Positions 62,201 to 64,000 of a DNA stretch of 64,000 nucleotides are shown in pieces. A program made the translations under genes and the position numbers. The notes beneath the pieces were generated by a model. It made no database searches. It had not been told where the DNA came from and saw only the letters and a program-made list of their open reading frames with translations. Origin of the DNA: Minutocellus sp. GHC0000111 (Eukaryota); the NCBI GenBank assembly GCA_977018835.1, contig OZ361258.1, positions 2,728,001 to 2,792,000 of the forward strand, written 5' to 3'. How positions within the stretch are numbered: the first letter of the stretch is position 1; the number at the start of each line of letters is the position of its first letter.

Positions 62201-64000
62201 TACGTCTGAAGCCGCACCTGCTCCTGCGCCGGCTGGTGCATCTGCGACTGACAATGGTACCGACAACATTAGGGAAGACGATGTTGGAGTATCAGGAACG
62301 GCGAAGCCTTTGTCGGATACTGATGAGGCGAGGACAGCCACGGCCGTCTTTGATTCTCTCGATGAGGGCAAGAAGGGCAGGGTACCGGCCTCAATGTTCG
62401 AGGCGCTCACCGACGAGCTTGGCGAAGGCTTCCACGGGGACGAGTTCGACAAGCAACTTGCCATCATCGACCCTGAAGGGACGGGCTTCATCGCTCGGTC
62501 CTCCTTTGCGGCATGGTACTCGGAGCTTGTCCTCGGAGGCTCTGGAGATGGCGAAGATGGTTCCGATGCTGGATCGCTCGACACTGAGGAGCGAGAAGAA
62601 CGTGAGGAGGAGCGTCAGAATGCTGACGAGGCCTTTACTGCCGCGGCTGGTGAGGATGTGGACGTCCTTGCCGTGTCAGCCTTCAGTGATCTGATTGAGT
62701 CTATGGGCACGACTTACTGCGAAGAGGAGCACCGACGTACCATCAAGAAAATTAGCAGCGAGGATGGCGCTACGATATCTCGTGATGCTTTCGTCGCTTG
62801 GTATTTGGACTGGCTCTTTGGAGGCGATGAGTCCGATATCGAGAGCGACGAAGGTGAAGATGACGAGGATGGTGATGCCGACGGTGCTGGTGGTACTGGC
62901 GGTGCATCGTCATCGGAGGGATGGGGAGGTACCTTTGGCGCTGCCGAGGAGGGTTCCTGGAAGTGCGATGCTTGTATGGTCCGGAACAAGGCTTCAGATG
63001 CCAAATGTGCTGCCTGTGAGACTGCACGCCCTGGATACGAAGCCAAGGCTGCGGAGGTATCGAGCGGCGATGGCTCGGCCACTGCGTCGTCAGCGGCGGC
63101 GTTTGCATCTGAGATAGGAACTGGTGGATTTTCATTCGGTGGCGGTGGTAGTAGCAGCAGTACCGCGGCACCTGCTCCTGCCTCATCCTCATCGATTGGA
63201 GCCGGCGGCTTCAGCTTTGGTGGCAATACTACTACTAGCAGCGCAGCGACACCAGCTCCGGCCTTTGGCGCATCATCGGCGGTCTCGTCCTCATCTTCAG
63301 GCGGAGGCTTCGCGTTTGGTGCGCCCGCCACTGCAGCACCAGCTCCACCTTCGGGAGTAGGAGGAGGAGGCTTTACGTTCGGCGTCAAGCCTGCCGTCAC
63401 ATCTGCTGCATCTGACAAAGTGAATCCTGACGCCACCGCACCCTCAGCTGCCCAACAAGAGAATCCGGCAGCGGAAAAAGAAGACGACGAGGTCTACTCA
63501 GACGACCTCATCGGCACCGCCGACACAGCACGGACGGCCTACGATGAGATCGCTGAGGGTGCAACATCTCTTCCCAGCAGCAGATTCGACGATCTGCTCG
63601 ATGTGGTCGGCGAGGGCTTCTATGGCGACGAGAAGGACGAGCAGCTTGCCATCATCGATCCGAGCAGCACCGGCACCATTACCAAGAAGGCCTTTGTTTC
63701 GTGGTACGTCAACTTCGTCACCGCTGCAGATGCCGACGATGACGAGTCGGCCTCGTTAGATACCGCCGACCGCGAAGAACGCGAGGAGGAAAGGCAGAAC
63801 GCCGACCAGGCCTTTACTGACACCGTCGGCGAGGGCATCGATGTTATTGACTCGGCCGCCTTTGGAGATCTGATTGAGTCGATGGGCACTACATACTGTG
63901 AGGAAGAGCATCGCCGCACCATCAAGAAGATTAGCGGTGCGGATGGGAAGATTTCCCGCGATGCATTCATTGCATGGTATCTTGACTGGTTGTTTGGGGG
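47214..64000 (+). CDS. Continuation of the giant FG/zinc-finger gene after the frameshift; open for about 5595 codons to the window edge
   Basis: ATG GTG CGT AAC AAG at 47214 resumes the repeat's coding frame ([14 protein letters not shown]). Later units are 3384 nt and I saw no stop. It is probably missing from the ORF track because no stop falls within the window. Confidence 0.85.
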   Translation, partial: MVRNKAGDTKCAACETVRPGYEDKQEESSDSAAASGSAIGAGGFSFGGGASTAAAAAPSIGSGGFSFGGATTSAPAPAPAPVTAVSSGGGFSFGAKPSSTATSSTTGGFSFGAPPAPAGKVPDKAEKKKDEKAVSSSSASFPPLATKAPTPFSATAKASAAAPAATAKPAASSSAFPPMSTAAPKNPFSATAKAPVAAAPAPAPAPAAKPAASSSAFPPMSTAAPKNPFSAPSKPPAPAPAAKPAASSSAFPPMSTAAPKNPFSAPSKPPAPAPAAKPAASSSAFPPMSTAAPKNPFSAPSKPPAPAPAAKSAASSSAFPPMSTAAPKNPFASVKLTSSSATIGSTSTSGGFSFGTPSTLGGGSGAPATTKGGFSFGSTGSATFGSPPAKLEAPKATEQEKSAPIFGSGSKAPVFGSGSGVGGFAALASSPAPAGAGAGSKTSSTGFGFGFGGSSSSSTSGVSGVDSSMVKPLFGSVPAAAPAPTSEAAPAPAPAGASATDNGTDNIREDDVGVSGTAKPLSDTDEARTATAVFDSLDEGKKGRVPASMFEALTDELGEGFHGDEFDKQLAIIDPEGTGFIARSSFAAWYSELVLGGSGDGEDGSDAGSLDTEEREEREEERQNADEAFTAAAGEDVDVLAVSAFSDLIESMGTTYCEEEHRRTIKKISSEDGATISRDAFVAWYLDWLFGGDESDIESDEGEDDEDGDADGAGGTGGASSSEGWGGTFGAAEEGSWKCDACMVRNKASDAKCAACETARPGYEAKAAEVSSGDGSATASSAAAFASEIGTGGFSFGGGGSSSSTAAPAPASSSSIGAGGFSFGGNTTTSSAATPAPAFGASSAVSSSSSGGGFAFGAPATAAPAPPSGVGGGGFTFGVKPAVTSAASDKVNPDATAPSAAQQENPAAEKEDDEVYSDDLIGTADTARTAYDEIAEGATSLPSSRFDDLLDVVGEGFYGDEKDEQLAIIDPSSTGTITKKAFVSWYVNFVTAADADDDESASLDTADREEREEERQNADQAFTDTVGEGVDVIDSAAFGDLIESMGTTYCEEEHRRTIKKISGADGKISRDAFIAWYLDWLFGGDESDIETDEEDEAGEEEERPATSGGEGWGNAFGVEEGSWKCDACMVRNKAGDTKCAACETVRPGYEDKQEESSDSAAASGSAIGAGGFSFGGGASTAAAAAPSIGSGGFSFGGATTSAPAPAPAPVTAVSSGGGFSFGAKPSSTATSSTTGGFSFGAPPAPAGKVPDKAEKKKDEKAVSSSSASFPPLATKAPTPFSATAKASAAAPAATAKPAASSSAFPPMSTAAPKNPFSATAKAPVAAAPAPAPAPAAKPAASSSAFPPMSTAAPKNPFSAPSKPPAPAPAAKPAASSSAFPPMSTAAPKNPFSAPSKPPAPAPAAKPAASSSAFPPMSTAAPKNPFSAPSKPPAPAPAAKSAASSSAFPPMSTAAPKNPFASVKLTSSSATIGSTSTSGGFSFGTPSTLGGGSGAPATTKGGFSFGSTGSATFGSPPAKLEAPKATEQEKSAPIFGSGSKAPVFGSGSGVGGFAALASSPAPAGAGAGSKTSSTGFGFGFGGSSSSSTSGVSGVDSSMVKPLFGSVPAAAPAPTSEAAPAPAPAGASATDNGTDNIREDDVGVSGTAKPLSDTDEARTATAVFDSLDEGKKGRVPASMFEALTDELGEGFHGDEFDKQLAIIDPEGTGFIARSSFAAWYSELVLGGSGDGEDGSDAGSLDTEEREEREEERQNADEAFTAAAGEDVDVLAVSAFSDLIESMGTTYCEEEHRRTIKKISSEDGATISRDAFVAWYLDWLFGGDESDIESDEGEDDEDGDADGAGGTGGASSSEGWGGTFGAAEEGSWKCDACMVRNKASDAKCAACETARPGYEAKAAEVSSGDGSATASSAAAFASEIGTGGFSFGGGGSSSSTAAPAPASSSSIGAGGFSFGGNTTTSSAATPAPAFGASSAVSSSSSGGGFAFGAPATAAPAPPSGVGGGGFTFGVKPAVTSAASDKVNPDATAPSAAQQENPAAEKEDDEVYSDDLIGTADTARTAYDEIAEGATSLPSSRFDDLLDVVGEGFYGDEKDEQLAIIDPSSTGTITKKAFVSWYVNFVTAADADDDESASLDTADREEREEERQNADQAFTDTVGEGIDVIDSAAFGDLIESMGTTYCEEEHRRTIKKISGADGKISRDAFIAWYLDWLFGGDESDIETDEEDEAGEEEERPATSGGEGWGNAFGVEEGSWKCDACMVRNKAGDTKCAACETVRPGYEDKQEESSDSAAASGSAIGAGGFSFGGGASTAAAAAPSIGSGGFSFGGATTSAPAPAPAPVTAVSSGGGFSFGAKPSSTATSSTTGGFSFGAPPAPAGKVPDKAEKKKDEKAVSSSSASFPPLATKAPTPFSATAKASAAAPAATAKPAASSSAFPPMSTAAPKNPFSATAKAPVAAAPAPAPAPAAKPAASSSAFPPMSTAAPKNPFSAPSKPPAPAPAAKPAASSSAFPPMSTAAPKNPFSAPSKPPAPAPAAKPAASSSAFPPMSTAAPKNPFSAPSKPPAPAPAAKSAASSSAFPPMSTAAPKNPFASVKLTSSSATIGSTSTSGGFSFGTPSTLGGGSGAPATTKGGFSFGSTGSATFGSPPAKLEAPKATEQEKSAPIFGSGSKAPVFGSGSGVGGFAALASSPAPAGAGAGSKTSSTGFGFGFGGSSSSSTSGVSGVDSSMVKPLFGSVPAAAPAPTSEAAPAPAPAGASATDNGTDNIREDDVGVSGTAKPLSDTDEARTATAVFDSLDEGKKGRVPASMFEALTDELGEGFHGDEFDKQLAIIDPEGTGFIARSSFAAWYSELVLGGSGDGEDGSDAGSLDTEEREEREEERQNADEAFTAAAGEDVDVLAVSAFSDLIESMGTTYCEEEHRRTIKKISSEDGATISRDAFVAWYLDWLFGGDESDIESDEGEDDEDGDADGAGGTGGASSSEGWGGTFGAAEEGSWKCDACMVRNKASDAKCAACETARPGYEAKAAEVSSGDGSATASSAAAFASEIGTGGFSFGGGGSSSSTAAPAPASSSSIGAGGFSFGGNTTTSSAATPAPAFGASSAVSSSSSGGGFAFGAPATAAPAPPSGVGGGGFTFGVKPAVTSAASDKVNPDATAPSAAQQENPAAEKEDDEVYSDDLIGTADTARTAYDEIAEGATSLPSSRFDDLLDVVGEGFYGDEKDEQLAIIDPSSTGTITKKAFVSWYVNFVTAADADDDESASLDTADREEREEERQNADQAFTDTVGEGVDVIDSAAFGDLIESMGTTYCEEEHRRTIKKISGADGKISRDAFIAWYLDWLFGGDESDIETDEEDEAGEEEERPATSGGEGWGNAFGVEEGSWKCDACMVRNKAGDTKCAACETVRPGYEDKQEESSDSAAASGSAIGAGGFSFGGGASTAAAAAPSIGSGGFSFGGATTSAPAPAPAPVTAVSSGGGFSFGAKPSSTATSSTTGGFSFGAPPAPAGKVPDKAEKKKDEKAVSSSSASFPPLATKAPTPFSATAKASAAAPAATAKPAASSSAFPPMSTAAPKNPFSATAKAPVAAAPAPAPAPAAKPAASSSAFPPMSTAAPKNPFSAPSKPPAPAPAAKPAASSSAFPPMSTAAPKNPFSAPSKPPAPAPAAKPAASSSAFPPMSTAAPKNPFSAPSKPPAPAPAAKSAASSSAFPPMSTAAPKNPFASVKLTSSSATIGSTSTSGGFSFGTPSTLGGGSGAPATTKGGFSFGSTGSATFGSPPAKLEAPKATEQEKSAPIFGSGSKAPVFGSGSGVGGFAALASSPAPAGAGAGSKTSSTGFGFGFGGSSSSSTSGVSGVDSSMVKPLFGSVPAAAPAPTSEAAPAPAPAGASATDNGTDNIREDDVGVSGTAKPLSDTDEARTATAVFDSLDEGKKGRVPASMFEALTDELGEGFHGDEFDKQLAIIDPEGTGFIARSSFAAWYSELVLGGSGDGEDGSDAGSLDTEEREEREEERQNADEAFTAAAGEDVDVLAVSAFSDLIESMGTTYCEEEHRRTIKKISSEDGATISRDAFVAWYLDWLFGGDESDIESDEGEDDEDGDADGAGGTGGASSSEGWGGTFGAAEEGSWKCDACMVRNKASDAKCAACETARPGYEAKAAEVSSGDGSATASSAAAFASEIGTGGFSFGGGGSSSSTAAPAPASSSSIGAGGFSFGGNTTTSSAATPAPAFGASSAVSSSSSGGGFAFGAPATAAPAPPSGVGGGGFTFGVKPAVTSAASDKVNPDATAPSAAQQENPAAEKEDDEVYSDDLIGTADTARTAYDEIAEGATSLPSSRFDDLLDVVGEGFYGDEKDEQLAIIDPSSTGTITKKAFVSWYVNFVTAADADDDESASLDTADREEREEERQNADQAFTDTVGEGIDVIDSAAFGDLIESMGTTYCEEEHRRTIKKISGADGKISRDAFIAWYLDWLFGGDESDIETDEEDEAGEEEERPATSGGEGWGNAFGVEEGSWKCDACMVRNKAGDTKCAACETVRPGYEDKQEESSDSAAASGSAIGAGGFSFGGGASTAAAAAPSIGSGGFSFGGATTSAPAPAPAPVTAVSSGGGFSFGAKPSSTATSSTTGGFSFGAPPAPAGKVPDKAEKKKDEKAVSSSSASFPPLATKAPTPFSATAKASAAAPAATAKPATSSSAFPPMSTAAPKNPFSATAKAPVAAAPAPAPAPAAKPAASSSAFPPMSTAAPKNPFSAPSKPPAPAPAAKPAASSSAFPPMSTAAPKNPFSAPSKPPAPAPAAKPAASSSAFPPMSTAAPKNPFSAPSKPPAPAPAAKSAASSSAFPPMSTAAPKNPFASVKLTSSSATIGSTSTSGGFSFGTPSTLGGGSGAPATTKGGFSFGSTGSATFGSPPAKLEAPKATEQEKSAPIFGSGSKAPVFGSGSGVGGFAALASSPAPAGAGAGSKTSSTGFGFGFGGSSSSSTSGVSGVDSSMVKPLFGSVPAAAPAPTSEAAPAPAPAGASATDNGTDNIREDDVGVSGTAKPLSDTDEARTATAVFDSLDEGKKGRVPASMFEALTDELGEGFHGDEFDKQLAIIDPEGTGFIARSSFAAWYSELVLGGSGDGEDGSDAGSLDTEEREEREEERQNADEAFTAAAGEDVDVLAVSAFSDLIESMGTTYCEEEHRRTIKKISSEDGATISRDAFVAWYLDWLFGGDESDIESDEGEDDEDGDADGAGGTGGASSSEGWGGTFGAAEEGSWKCDACMVRNKASDAKCAACETARPGYEAKAAEVSSGDGSATASSAAAFASEIGTGGFSFGGGGSSSSTAAPAPASSSSIGAGGFSFGGNTTTSSAATPAPAFGASSAVSSSSSGGGFAFGAPATAAPAPPSGVGGGGFTFGVKPAVTSAASDKVNPDATAPSAAQQENPAAEKEDDEVYSDDLIGTADTARTAYDEIAEGATSLPSSRFDDLLDVVGEGFYGDEKDEQLAIIDPSSTGTITKKAFVSWYVNFVTAADADDDESASLDTADREEREEERQNADQAFTDTVGEGIDVIDSAAFGDLIESMGTTYCEEEHRRTIKKISGADGKISRDAFIAWYLDWLFG

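Larger units (their letters stand above)
24188..64000 (+). repeat. Coding tandem array of 12 units plus a partial 13th, near identical; units start at 24188, 27566, 30944, 34322, 37502, 40682, 43862, about 47216 (5'-deleted), 49920, 53304, 56688, 60072, 63456
   Basis: Measured from the marker CAAGAGAATCCGGCAGCGG: periods are 3378 x3, 3180 x3, 6058 (2x3384 minus 710), then 3384 x4. All intact periods are multiples of 3. Confidence 0.98.

Noticed and set aside
24352..63970. Recurrent 653-782 aa and 240 aa minus-strand ORFs and short alternative-frame ORFs in each unit
   Set aside because: Shadows of the GC-rich Ala/Pro/Ser/Gly plus-strand frame; they recur only because the DNA repeats.
24188..64000. 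Array as a CRISPR, satellite, rDNA or tandem transposon cluster, or as separate tandem genes
   Set aside because: Units are in-frame coding sequence with no stops, intergenic spacers, unique spacers, terminal repeats or transposase/RT motifs.
1..64000. tRNA, rRNA or other structured ncRNA genes
   Set aside because: None recognisable by eye; intergenic gaps are short. A tRNAscan-SE or Infernal run would be needed to exclude them.

Overview
Gene-dense eukaryotic nuclear DNA with short GT-AG introns; a diatom or other stramenopile is my inference, not a database result. The first 21.5 kb holds about ten genes: a rhomboid protease 3' end, a phytyl-ester-synthase-like hydrolase/acyltransferase, a small membrane protein, RPB2, a Tim44/MAIP1-like mitochondrial protein, an OSCA/CSC1 channel, APC10, an internally deleted kelch gene, a 4-exon RdRP fusion gene and an ELP5-like gene. 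The RdRP gene (16316-19693) joins a methyl-CpG-binding domain, a compact cellular RNA-dependent RNA polymerase (DLDGD), a chromo-like domain and a CDCA7/WDR76-like terminal helix. The other 42 kb is one intronless FG-repeat, nucleoporin-like gene. It has an N-terminal cyclophilin followed by at least 12 near-identical 3.2-3.4 kb coding repeats, each with two EF-hand-like modules, two RanBP2-type zinc fingers, FG repeats and NPF-containing subrepeats. A 710-nt deletion at about 47215 stops the frame after 8530 aa; without it the frame would exceed 14,300 aa and run off the window. Six genes, including essential RPB2, carry frame-disrupting lesions, although I saw no other frameshift in 40 kb of repeat. 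This suggests a decaying haplotype or duplicate, or local misassembly.
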